NCBI RefSeq assembly: GCF_004010195.1
Contig: NC_057752.1
Location: forward strand, 2,820,683 to 2,852,783
Length of the DNA: 32,101 nucleotides
Reading direction: 5' to 3'
Source: Chiloscyllium plagiosum
Taxonomy: Eukaryota
Position 1 is the stretch's first letter. The number at the start of each line of letters is the position of its first letter. A model generated the notes under the pieces. It did no database searches. It saw nothing but the letters and a program-made list of their open reading frames with translations, and was not told the DNA's origin. The translations under genes were made by a program, and so were the position numbers. Below, one piece after another: positions 10,279-21,202 of this stretch.

Positions 10279-11272
10279 TATATTTATAAAATGAAACACT
10301 CCTATGTTTGTTACTTCTATTTTACTTCATGCTGGTGCTGAATACCATTTGTCAAGTAGCAGAGATATCTTTTACAGAAACGAGTAAAAAGTGGGAGAGG
10401 ATTGAAATGATTAAATATCCAATGCAAAGATCATGAGACTGGGGAAATGGCTAACCAAAAAAAAAGGGACGTGAGAAACCAAAGCACGTGAAAATTAATT
10501 AAAAGTGTGAACCAAAAGCTAAAAATAATTTTCAGAGTTTGGTGGTTAATCAAGTACATTCCTGAAAATAAGTGCTGTCCCTTTACAGGCGAGGCCGTGA
10601 AATTTCAATCATTGATGATTTCCCATTGAGTGTGTCATCCAACTTTGCTGTGTTCTTGCTAGGTTTTGTACTGGGAGTTTCATGTCTCATTTTCTCATGG
10701 AATGTATTATTGAAACATCTTTTTGCTGATGTGCACTATTTGACTACTCTGACCCTGACCCAGCATGAAAAGATAATGAAGTGGCAACTTTCTGATAGTG
10801 AAAGCTGGGTTCTTGAATATATTCAAGGCCATTTTCAGTGATTTTAAAATGAAGTTACTTATCCTGGACATTCTTGGGAAAGTGTCTAACATTTGGTGAT
10901 TTAACACATTGTCCGCTGCATTAGTGAAACTGCACCAGGTTACCACTCTTAACCACACCAAGGAAGACTAGAAAGAAGACTAAATGTATGAATAGTTACA
11001 TTATCAGGCTGGTTCCTGAATGATGATGCAAATACATTTCAGTAGAAACTTTAAGCCTAACCTAAATAGGACACATTTAAGCACATTTTGGCTGCAATTT
11101 CCTGATTCTATCCAAAGCAGAAACTGTGTCCCAAGCACACGTTTTAAATCACAGAGACAACCTGTCTCTGTACAACTGCATGAAAGATCTGTCAGCACTC
11201 GGTATGTGCAACAAGCACCACCTTGATACTTTGCCTAAGGCAGGTCTAGAACAGGTTCCTTAAGATCATGGT

Positions 11273-11369
11273 TCACTTATGTTCTGGATGATCTTGGAGG
11301 CACTTGACAAATTCAGAGACTGGTTTGCGTTCATAACAGATTTGGTACACGGCAGTGAACAAAGGGAAT
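11273..11369 (-). CDS. gpd1: GPD1-family terminal coding exon 8 (to stop codon)
   Basis: tttctttctag|A TTC CCT TTG TTC...CAT AAG TGA; 97 nt including the stop; [31 protein letters not shown]. Confidence 0.95.
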
Positions 11370-11414
11370 CTAGAAAGAAACAGAAAGATTTCACACAGTC
11401 AATGTGTAGATGGT

Positions 11415-11670
11415 AATAAAGTGGTTATGCTACTGGAATAGTAATTTCAACTAATCTGGACACGGAGTTCAAATCCCACTGTGATGGTTGGAAGATAGTC
11501 AACAGATAAAGCAGGAATTTAAAAGCTGTCTTCTATAATGGTAAGTAGACAAGCAGGTAACCATGGAAAAACTATCTGATCACCTTTAGGGAAGGAAATC
11601 TGCCACCCTTAGCCAGTCTGGCCTACTGTCACTATCAATTACTCTCAGAGCCAGCCCAGCAAGCCATTTG
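11415..11670 (+). mobile_element. Degraded tRNA-headed SINE (second family)
   Basis: B-box-like GAGTTCAAATCCC at ~11465. Its body ctttagggaaggaaatctgccacccttagccagtctggcctac is shared with 15305-15531. Confidence 0.6.
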
Positions 11671-11689
11671 TAAAATGATTCCAGCACAA

Positions 11690-11990
11690 ATTGAGGCTAT
11701 TTGGCCCTTCACCTTTTCAGCAAGAGCATCTCAGCTAGTCCCACTTCCTGATCAGCCTGATCCAATTTCCTTTTGAAGCCCATAATGGAATCTGCCATCA
11801 CCTGCATCAGGCAGTGCATGCCAGATCCCAACCACCTGGTGTGCATAAAAACTTTCCCACATCCTACTTGGTTTGTTTGCTAATTACATGAAATTAGGGT
11901 CCTCTGCTTCTCAATCCCTCTACAAACAGGAACAGTTTCTAATCTGTCTATGCCACTCTGTCTAGACCCCTCATGATGTTGTGATTTTAT
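11690..11990 (-). mobile_element. Old CR1 3'-end remnant
   Basis: Reverse complement resembles the CR1 ORF2 C-terminal/3' UTR sequences at 8800-9150 and 30931-31365. Confidence 0.55.
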
Positions 11991-12030
11991 TCAATATGGC
12001 AGTTCCCTACCACCTTGTCCTTTATTTCTT

Positions 12031-12835
12031 ATTCAGTCAGGGGACATGGGTGTCACTGGCTGGGCCCAGCATTTATTGCCCATCCCTAGTTGCCCCTTGA
12101 GAGGGTGGGGGGCGAGCTGTCTTCTTGAACCACTGTAAGTAGACCCACAATGGCATTGGGGAGGGAATTCCAGGATATTGACCCAGTGACAGTGAAGGAT
12201 GGTGATATATTTCCAAGTCAGGATGGTGAGTGTCTTGAAGTTGGTGGGGCTCCAATGTATCTGCTGTGTGTATCCTTCTGAATGAACTATAGTTTGGAAG
12301 ATGCTGTCGAATGAGCCTGGTAGAGTTGCTGCAGTGCATCTTATAGATGGTACACTCTGCTGCGTCGGTGGTGGATGTGGTGCCAATCAAGTGGGGGCTG
12401 CTTTGTCCTGGATGGTGTCAAGCTTCTTGAGTGTTGTTGGAGCTGCCCCCATCCAGGCAAGTGGGGAGTATTCCATCGCACTCCTGACTTGAGCCTTCTA
12501 GATGGCGGACAGGCTTTGGCTCCTTGATGTCAAGGGCTGTCCCTCTCCCCTCCCCTCTGGAATTCAGCTCTTTTGTCCATGTTTGAACCAAGGCTGTAAT
12601 GAGGTCAGGAGCTGAGTGACCCTGGTGGAACCCAAACTGGGTGTCACTGAGCAGGTTATTGCTGAGCAGGTGCTGCTTAATAGAACAGTGGATGACACCT
12701 TCCATCACTTTACTGATGATCGAGAGTAGACTGATGGGGCAGTAACTAGTCAGGTTGGGCTTGTTCTACTTTTTCTGTACAGGACGTACCTGGGGCAAAT
12801 TGCCACATTGTTGGGTGTTGTCAGTGTTGCAGCTA
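12031..12835 (-). mobile_element. CR1/L2-group LINE fragment (RT start joined by an internal deletion to the 3' end)
   Basis: ORF 12418-12708 reads MEGVI...LLSDTQFGFHQGHSAPDL...ALDIK (RT N-terminal motifs). The tail ggggcaactagggatgggcaataaatgctgg is shared with the SINE at 15305-15531. Confidence 0.75.
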
Positions 12836-13101
12836 ACCTGAAGGGCAATTAAGGATGGCCATCCAAATGTGTCCATATTCCATGAACATCATCGTTGGCA
12901 CTCCAAAGGCAGTTCCCAGTTAGGGCAAAAGAAAAACATGGCCTTCACGGTCACTGCCAGTGAGTCCTGGGTCAATTTGTTGCTCTGTTTATTGCAGCTC
13001 AGTGGGTCACACTCTTGCTTCTGTTATTCCTGTCAAACATTCATTTTTAAATCATTGGCTGGAGACAAACAATAGACTTTTTAAAAAAAGGCAGTCTTTT
13101 A

Positions 13102-13430
13102 GGTGGCACAGTGGCTCAGCAGTTAGCACTGCTGCCTCACAGCACTAGGGACCCGGGTTCGATCTCCACCTTGGGCAACTGTCTGTATGGAGTTTGCACG
13201 TTCTCCCTTGGTTTCCTCCAGGTGCTCCGGTTTCCTCCCACAATCCAAAGACATGCAGGTTTGGTGAATTGGCCTTGCTAAATTGCCCCACAGTGTTCAG
13301 GGATGTGTAGGTTAGGTGCATTAGTCAGGGGTAAACATAGGGGAATGGATCTGGGTGGGAAAGTCTTCAAAGGATCGGTGTGGACTTTTGGGCCAAATGG
13401 CCTGTTTCCATACTGTGGGGAGTCTATGAT
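13102..13430 (+). mobile_element. HE1/V-SINE-type SINE (older copy) in intron 7
   Basis: ggtggcacagtggctcagcagttagcactgctgcctcacagc...GGTTCGATCTCC; same core and tail as 22377-22698. Confidence 0.87.
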
Positions 13431-13604
13431 TGAGAGATATTCAACCATGGAATAATGAACAATTCAGAAAGTAATTGTTTGGACAAAAGGTTTTGATCTT
13501 CTGAAGATCACTGTGCAGACCTGAGAGAATCAAAGCTACCTTTTTAGTATAGAATGGATTATTCAACTTTTGATGTCAGATTGAGAAATATCATGTGACC
13601 AACT

Positions 13605-13690
13605 ACTTCGATGAAGGGTCACTGGACCTGAAACATTAACTCTGTTTTCTGCCCACAGATGCGGCCAGACTTGCTGGTGTTTTGCAAAGG
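13605..13690 (+). mobile_element. Penelope-type pseudo-LTR remnant with a degenerate hammerhead-like core
   Basis: tcGATGAagggtcactggacctGAAAcatt followed by cacagatgcggccagacttgctg; architecture similar to the arms at 9468-9677. Confidence 0.55.
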
Positions 13691-13989
13691 ACATTTTTTG
13701 CAGACAACACCAGCTGTGTAAAGGAAACTGCTGATCTCCATGTGTCCGTCTCTCTCTCTTTACCCCCCATCTATGATGGCACTCCATCGTCTGAGTCCTT
13801 TTACCTGGGTCAGATTTAGCTTAATAAAACAAACTCTTTACTTGCTAATGTCAAGGGAACATAGCTAATGTTTTACAAACAGCACGTAAACACACTGATA
13901 CATCTGATTTAAATTCAAAACCTTGCTACAATCAAACAAAGAACGTGAAAAGACAGGGGCCTTTCCACTGGGGCCCACCTGATTGTAAA

Positions 13990-14200
13990 ATCAGGATGTC
14001 ATGAGTTCAAATCTTACTCCAGAGGCACAATCTAGTCTGTACCACCCCAATGCATTGCTGTGGGAGTGCTGCATTGCCGAAGGCGCCATATTGGGAATGA
14101 GACGTTACACCAACACCCCCATGTAGATGCAAAAGATATCACAGCAGAGGTTTCAAAGCAGAGCGAGTGGGGGTGTCCTGGCCAATATTTATCTCACTGG
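13990..14200 (+). mobile_element. DeuSINE-type (SacSINE1/AmnSINE1-like) remnant
   Basis: gggagtgctgcattgccgaaggcgcc...gaatgagacgtta...gtgtcctggccaatatttatc resembles the Deu-domain consensus as I recall it. Confidence 0.6.
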
Positions 14201-14597
14201 GTCAATGGTGGTAGCCATGAGACAGAGATTAAACAGCACTGAGTTGGGGAAACCGAGGAGAATGTTTCGACGCATTGAGTTGATGGGAAATGGCAACAGC
14301 AGAGATTCCCAAGTAACTTTAAACAGGGATTGGGGTAAACACTCAAAGAGGAAAAGAAAACTTGCCAATGTTTTGGGGAAAGAGAAAGGGAGTTGCAGAG
14401 CTCTGATAATGAGTCAGCATGGGGGGGTGGGGGGCATGTGTTAAATGGCCTCTTTCTGTGCTCTGCTGCAGCAGACAGCTGCACCATCTTGTTCACATTA
14501 TCAAAGCATGAGCTGCCCATGGCTGAATAAAAGAGGCCGTTACCCCAGGTAGGTGCATGATGGGAGAGTGGGGAGCTCGGGTGTATGGAGTACTTAC

Positions 14598-14704
14598 TTA
14601 TTGACTAGGTTTTGGACCTTTAGAGTGTGATTGATTTCAATCGCTGTCTGTGGTCCCTGTAGCTTCTGCCCATTCAGCATCTCTTCTTCCAGCTGTTTAA
14701 TAGA
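14598..14704 (-). CDS. gpd1: GPD1-family coding exon 7
   Basis: ccttcctcag|TCT ATT AAA...AAT AA|gtaagt; 107 nt; [35 protein letters not shown](K). Not in the ORF track; read manually. Confidence 0.95.
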
Positions 14705-15304
14705 CTGAGGAAGGATAGAACAGTCTGTCATGAGTTTAGCTGCCAGACTAACAAGTTACTTCAGCTCAGATGGTGGTCTTACCTTGAGTGGAATGAGCAC
14801 CAATGGTGTATCGGAATCAGCAATAGAATGGGACTAGTTCAGTTTGGGAAACCTGGTCCGAATGGATGAGTTGGGTCGAAAGGGTCTGTTTCCGTGCTAT
14901 ATGACTCTATGACACAATGGGCTCCAGTGCCCCTTAACTAGGGTGGGGGAGGTGCCATTGACCACCAGCTCCTGACCCCAGTGGTGTTCCCCTGTGACCT
15001 TTGCTGGAAATGGGTAATGCAGGGACAGGAAAACAGGTACTCAACCACACTGGGCCTGCTCACTCATTCCGTCAGATCATGCCTAATCTGTCCATTAATT
15101 CTATTTAGCAACTTTTTCTCCAGAACCCTGCTCACCCGCCTCCCATTCTTCAAGTGGGATGGGGTTAGATTTTGGATATGATGTGGGTAGCGTGCAGGAA
15201 GGTGGAGTTGAGGTCGATCGGCCAGGATCTACATGAATGGCAAACAGGCTAGAGGGGCTGAATGGTCTGCTCGCATTTCTTATTTTGAGCAACCGTTACT
15301 AGGA

Positions 15305-15531
15305 AACAACCAAATTGTTAGAAAAGCCCATCTGGTTCACTCATATCTTTTCGGAAAGGAAACTGCCATCCTTACCTGGTCTGGTTTACATATGACTCCC
15401 GAACCACAGCAATGTGGCTGATTCTTAACTGCCCTCTTCACTGGTAAAACAAGCCACTCAGATATCACCACCACCTTTAAGGGGCAATTACGGATAGGTA
15501 ATAAATGCTGGCCTTGACACTGACGTCCACA
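15305..15531 (+). mobile_element. SINE 3' part with a LINE-derived tail
   Basis: ggaaactgccatccttacctggtctgg...ggggcaattacggataggtaataaatgctggcc; body matches 11415-11670 and tail matches 12031-12100. Confidence 0.7.
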
Positions 15532-15805
15532 GAGAAAACCAAACCACAGTGCCTAGCATCGATTACAGTGCAAAAGCAGGCCATTCGAACCGTCAAGCCA
15601 ATGCCAGCAGTGTTAGGTGAAGGTTGTTAACGTGCCTCGTGTTTGAAGAAGGACCAATTGGCTGGGAGTCCAAACAAGGGTACTCGTAAAATTTGGTGTC
15701 TACAGGACAGAAGGGCATTCAGGTCATCCACCAGGTTGCTGATGGCAGGGTTGAAGCTCAGGGGTGGGAGTGGGGTCAAGCTGGTCATCATCCCCTTCCC
15801 CCTAC

Positions 15806-16039
15806 CTTGCCTGTCTTTGCAAAGACCTCCGCGATTTTCCTGTTACGGCCTCCGTAGCAGGTGGCGATTAGGTCGGCCACGCCACAGCTCTCGAGGAAGA
15901 TGGAGTCTGGCACCAGGCCCTCGCAGTGCAGCCTCACAAAGGCGATAATTTCCATCAGCCCCAGGCGGATGACTGCAGCCTTTGTGTTGTCACCGTAGCC
16001 CAGTCCGTCACAGAATCCGGCTCCCATGGCAACCACATT
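15806..16039 (-). CDS. gpd1: GPD1-family coding exon 6
   Basis: ttctctttcag|AAT GTG GTT...GGC AAG|gtaggg; 234 nt; [34 protein letters not shown]...[31 protein letters not shown]. Confidence 0.97.
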
Positions 16040-16262
16040 CTGAAAGAGAAAAGAAAGCGAGACGATAACAGGCTGTGCGTTAGCAAACATTCAGAGAAAC
16101 AGGGCAGGCCGGAGGCCTCGATAACTCACAGGACTAATGAACTGACCAAGTCATCGAAAAGAAAGAAACTGCATTTGTATCAGGTCCTACAACACATGCC
16201 GAGGCATGGTTGCCAACACCACTTTGAAAGCAAATGCAGCATCAATTTGCAAGGTTCCAAAG

Positions 16263-16370
16263 ATAGAATCCCTACAGTGTGCAAGCCATTCAGCCCACCA
16301 ATCCTCTGAAGAGAATTCCACCCAGACCCCCTCCCCCCACCCTATGTCATTAACCCTGCATTTCCCATGA
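16263..16370 (-). mobile_element. HE1-type SINE tail fragment
   Basis: atagaatccctacagtgtg...ccacccagaccc...taaccctgcatttcccatg parallels the tail at 2720-2850. Confidence 0.6.
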
Positions 16371-16395
16371 ACAGCAAGAGAAATAACCACATCAT

Positions 16396-17690
16396 GTAAA
16401 GTTTGCTCACTGAGCTGGAAGGTTTGTTTTCAGACGTTTCATCACCATACTAGGTAACATCAGTGACAGTCTCTGGTGAAGTGCAGGTGGTATGTCCCGC
16501 CTCTCTATTTATAGGTCTTGGTTTCTTAACCTACAAACAGGTCAAAGGATCACCCATGGGATCCCCAATATCAGGGCTCATAGCAGAAGCAGGAATGCAG
16601 AGACTTGAACAAGCTGCCCTCCCATCTATCCAACCCAAACTTTGGGCCTGCTACGTAGATGACACCTTTGTCATCACAAAATGGAACATACAACACCATT
16701 AACAATATCCCGACAGGCATAACATTCACAAAAGAGAAGGAGAACAACAACAAATTCCCATTCCTAGACGTGACAGTTGAACGTACAGTTAATAGAGAGC
16801 TTCAAACCAGCGGGTACAGAAAAACAAATACTTAACTTCCGAAGCAATCATCCCAACACCCACTAATGGAGCTGCACTAAGACATTATTTCAATACATCA
16901 TACTGCAGCACCCAAGAACTACAAAAAACAGAAGAAAAATATTTACACAACATTTTCAAGAAAAATGGTTACCCAATAAACACAATCCGCTGATTCCTCA
17001 GAAACAAGCCCAAACAAGCAGACACAACGCAACCAAAAACTATAGCCACATTACCCAACGTCAAAGGCATATCAGGAATGACTTCCAGATTACTCAGATC
17101 CCTTGGTGTCATGGTAGCCCACAAACCTACCAATACACTTAAACAGCGACCAATTAACCTAAAGGATCCATTAGATACTACAAGCAAAACTAGCATCATT
17201 TATAAGATACCATGCAAGAACTGTAAAAAACACTATATCGGACAAACTAGCAGGAAACTTGTCACCAGGATACATAAACACCAGCTGGCCACCAAAAGAC
17301 ACGACTCACTCTCACTAGTTTCTATACATACAGACAAGACGGACACCACTTTGACTGGATCAACACACACATCCTAGGACAGGCGAAACAAAGGCACACA
17401 CAAGAATTCTTAGAGGCATAGCATTCTAACCAGAACTCCATCAATAAACACATCAACTTAGATCCTGTCTACCTTTCCTTGAAAAGAATGTAAAATAACA
17501 TCACCCACCTTAAGAAACTAAGACCTATAAATAGAGAGGCAGGACATACCACCAATTCTTTACCGGGACTCTCACTGGTGACGTTACCTAGTGTGGTGAC
17601 GAAATGTCTGAAAACAAACCTTCCAGCTCAGCAAGCTAACTTATAGACTTATCATGAACCCTGAGCTACAAATCTTCTCAAAAATCGTTA
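16396..17690 (+). mobile_element. Penelope-like retroelement (5'-truncated RT + GIY-YIG endonuclease) with an inverted 5' pseudo-LTR
   Basis: RT motifs YKQVKGSPMGSPISG...WACYVDDTF and endonuclease motif IIYKIPCKNCKKHYIGQTSR. 16396-16529 is the inverted copy of 17510-17642. ACATCAT TSD at 16389-16395 and 17691-17697. Confidence 0.9.
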
Positions 17691-18404
17691 ACATCATCTG
17701 TCTCTTTAGATGTTGGACTCTTTATATTTGTTCATTTAGTGTGCATGCTGTCCATTAAGGGGTTAATGGTGGCAAACGTACCAAAAACAAAGCTTCCAGT
17801 AAAGTCTACGGGATCTTATACATTCCCATGAGTGAGTAAACAGGTGCCTGAGTTTAATGATTCATTTAAAAGACAATGCAGCACTCTCTTCACATTCCAG
17901 TGCATGGACACAGAAATTCATCTCCTCATGGGAATGGTAGTCTCAGTAAGAGTGTCTGGGAGGGAGTCTTTCTCCATCCTGCAGAAAAATGACCATTTTT
18001 GTCTCATTGGTTGCTTCCAGAGTACCAAGTTCAGCTGTTTTGCCTCCAAGTCATTTCCAGCTGAGAGACCACAGTTAAGGAGAAGTGGTATGGAAATCTG
18101 AAATCAAACAACTGTGGGCAGGTTGGGAGCTCTGCACTCTCTAGAAAGAGGATCTGTTTGGTCAACTCCTAAACTCCCTCCTCGCTCTCTGACTGGGAAA
18201 GTAGATTTTAAGTCCTGTCACCACCCTTACCTCAACAGCTCAGGTTGGCGAGCAAACCTGGGAGCCTTGCGGTGTGCCCGGTTCAGTGCCATGCTGCGGG
18301 GGGTGCATTTATGCACTTACAGCACGGCAGGGAGGAGCAACCACTGACGGGCACTGTTCAAAACTTTGCTCCATCATTGTTACATCACATTGTCTTCAAA
18401 GAAG

Positions 18405-18795
18405 GAACAAACTTGTATTTATGAGGCGCCAGGCCCAAACCTCAGGCTCCCTCAGAGTGCTTTACAGCAAATGAAATGAGACTGAAATGCAGTCAATGTT
18501 GCAGCATTGGGAATGTGGCAGTCAATCCATGCACAGCAAGCTCCCACAAACACCAACGTGATAATGATTTTTGCAATGTTGTTTAAGGGACAGGTGACCG
18601 GGAAGAGTTCTAATTGCCCTCTTTCAATAGTCGCACAGGATGTGTTCAACTCAACTGACAGGGGAGGTGGGCTCCTAGCCCACAGTATCTCATCCAGGGC
18701 AGCACCCGCTCAGTACTGGGGTCCTTGTGCTCAACCTCTGGACTGGGACTCCAACCGTCACAAATTTCTGACTCCAAGGTGGGACTGCTAACCAC
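18405..18795 (-). mobile_element. Near full-length, old DeuSINE-type SINE
   Basis: Minus strand shows a tRNA-like head near 18795, a Deu-like centre and a tail ending ...aaatacaagtttgtt. Related remnants lie at ~17805-17905, ~16165-16260 and ~30665-30925. Confidence 0.6.
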
Positions 18796-18949
18796 CTTAC
18801 TCATATTGTGCTTTGAACAGCTCATCACTGTTGTATGTCCACACTCCACCACTGAACTTGCAGGAGGGACACACACAATAACAAAATTCAAAGTTAAAAC
18901 AACGATCCTCAAAGGAAGCAGGGGAACCGGGTGTGAGAGCTTCACAGAC

Positions 18950-19062
18950 CTTTAAGGCCCCGCAGATCTCCACAGCATCTGCCTCCTCCACCACCCTGAG
19001 CCTGAAGTTTCGAGTCTGCAGCAGTTCTTTTAAAATCTTTCCATGTTCAATGTTTGCAGCTC
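18950..19062 (-). CDS. gpd1: GPD1-family coding exon 5
   Basis: ctactgtttag|GA GCT GCA...TTA AAG|gtctgt; 113 nt; AANIEHGKILKELLQTRNFRLRVVEEADAVEICGALK (catalytic K204 equivalent). Confidence 0.96.
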
Positions 19063-19956
19063 CTAAACAGTAGAAGAGGTCAGGCAAAGCTCTATCAAGA
19101 GAATTAACACTGGCAGTGGTAGGCAGCACATACCGGGGGTATATTTATATTGTATGAACAGAAGCCAGAGATTAAGCATTAAGCTCTGTGACCAGCTCTG
19201 ATCGCCAATACAAAAAGGGAGAGGCTGGAGGCCTGACAGTGGTTCCAGATGCTCATGGTTCTTCCAACCACAGACTAGGTCTCCCCCACATTTGCTGTTG
19301 ATGGCTTCACCAGTAAACCTGCAGCAGCACACATGCGAGAGGAAATGGCTTCTCATTGGAGCAGCGGCTCCTTGCAAAATCTTCCACTTACCAGAATTTG
19401 AAACTGCAACTTGGAAAATAAAATACACGTGAAAGAATCAAACATTTCACAAGCCAACAAAAGATCACTGGACATTACGCCTTTCCTGGGTCTGTGCTCC
19501 TTTTGGTGTAAGATAATATAACAATTCATAATGGGAGCCCTCTGAATGAGCTGTAAATTCATCCGCCAGGAAAGCAGGCATGTAGCTCTATGTAATGTTC
19601 TGGACAGCTGTACATGGCCGGCAGGATGTAGGCTAGACACCACTAGGCCAGCTGCATGAAATAAGGTAGGCTTAATCTTCTTCATCTGCTTCTCTTATGC
19701 CTCTTCACCAGTGAAGGTGATATCTAGACCCGACCGTGCCCCTGGCCCCCGGGTTCTCCTCCCAACCCTATAGTCATTGCTGGCACCAGATAGTGTCTGG
19801 GCGCCGACATCATAGATGCCAAATAGTGGCCCTCCCCAGTTTATATCACTACAGGTCTCAGCACCTATGTCCTATACCTGTGTACAGCTATGCAAATACT
19901 CTATACCTTTGGGCATCATACCCAGTACCTCGTCATGGATGACTGTGAGATATTAC

Positions 19957-20095
19957 CAATGGTGGACTCGCAGAACTTCTCAGCCGCTACTTCATTCGCA
20001 AGATTTGCTCCCATCAGCACGCTCACTTCAATTCCAAGTGTCTCCCGAATTACATCAGAGATCAGCTTCAGACCGTACGATCCAACTTCAATACC
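19957..20095 (-). CDS. gpd1: GPD1-family coding exon 4
   Basis: ctttgctgcag|GGT ATT GAA...ACC ATT G|gtaata; 139 nt; [46 protein letters not shown](G). Confidence 0.96.
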
Positions 20096-20550
20096 CTGCA
20101 GCAAAGAACAGTGAAGAGCTTGTTTTTATATTAATTCTTTAGAAATGAAATAATTAGTTCTTAATATTTTTTATGCAATTGAAAATTGCCGAATCTAATT
20201 TGGAAGATTAAACTGATGCAGACTGTACAGGATTGTACAGTTTTATAATAGATATTTGTTCATGGGATGTGGGTGCTGACCAGCATTTATTGCTCACCCC
20301 TAATTGCGAGGCTGAGCTGTCTTCAGGCACTGCTGCAGTCCATTTGGCATGGGTACACCAGGCCAGGAGGAGATTTTGACCCAGCCACGGTGAAGAATGG
20401 TTACATGTTGTCTAAACTCAAGTAATAGTCAAGTCTTGTATAAATGTAAACTCCCAGCTTTGAGCCTAAAATTCTCCATTGTTCACATTCCTTGCACTGG
20501 TGTTGGGTGTGGGGTCGGTGGCAGTGGAGTAGTGAGCCTTCCCCTCACCA

Positions 20551-20571
20551 CCCCCCCCCCCCCCCCCCCCC
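20551..20571. repeat. C21 homopolymer (poly-G on the pre-mRNA strand)
   Basis: 21 consecutive C in intron 3. Confidence 0.9.
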
Positions 20572-21061
20572 AAATTTGGCTCTTTTTCTCATTTAAATGT
20601 TAGAAAGCAGAAAATGGTTTAAGACAGCTGACATTCAGCACCAGGGACAGCAACCAGCAGTGTCATTCTTGGCAGTTCCCAAGACCTGGTCTGGATTTTC
20701 ATCCTTCAAAAAAAATTACTTGCGGAGAAGTTGGGCCCTACTTTTTGCCTTAAAAATTGGTGTCAAAAACCTACATTCTACACAAAGTATATATTCCTAG
20801 TCAGGATGGTGAGTGACTTGGAGAGGAACTTGCAGGGGGTGTTGTTCCCACATGTCTGCTGCCTTTCTAGATGGTTCAGTGTGCAGTTTGGAAGAGTTAC
20901 CCCAGGGGTAAGGAAAGCAGGGAGAACAGAAATAGATGGGCTTGAGGCACAGCGGAAGGACGAAGGGGAGAGGAGGCAGAAAGAGAGCAAGATTGGCAGG
21001 GGGAGGGAGAAGGGAGAGGGAAAAGTGAAGACCCTGCCCATAATTGAGGTTCAGGCTGTAC

Positions 21062-21202
21062 CTTGATAAGAGAGACTCCAATGCTGGAAAGCTTGATCTG
21101 ACCTTTCAACTCATCACAGGTCTCTCTGATGAACTGGTGTGGCATGACAAACACCAAAATATCGGCATCTCTCGCTGCATCCAGCAGCCCAGGCACCGCA
21201 AT
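21062..21202 (-). CDS. gpd1: GPD1-family coding exon 3
   Basis: gtgtttag|ATT GCG GTG CCT...ATC AAG|gtacag; 141 nt; [47 protein letters not shown] (PHQF motif, K120 equivalent). Confidence 0.96.

Noticed and set aside
13700..13735. cag|TTTCCTTTA (FPL...) as a candidate GPD1 exon 8
   Set aside because: It continues as FPLHSWCC with no homology. The real exon 8 is at 11369-11273 with the expected size and phase.
16396..17642. DNA transposon with terminal inverted repeats
   Set aside because: The interior encodes RT and GIY-YIG rather than a transposase. The inverted copy is the typical Penelope 5' inversion.
19290..19335. Hairpin followed by ACA (possible H/ACA snoRNA)
   Set aside because: It is on the strand opposite the host transcript, and I found no convincing H box or second hairpin.
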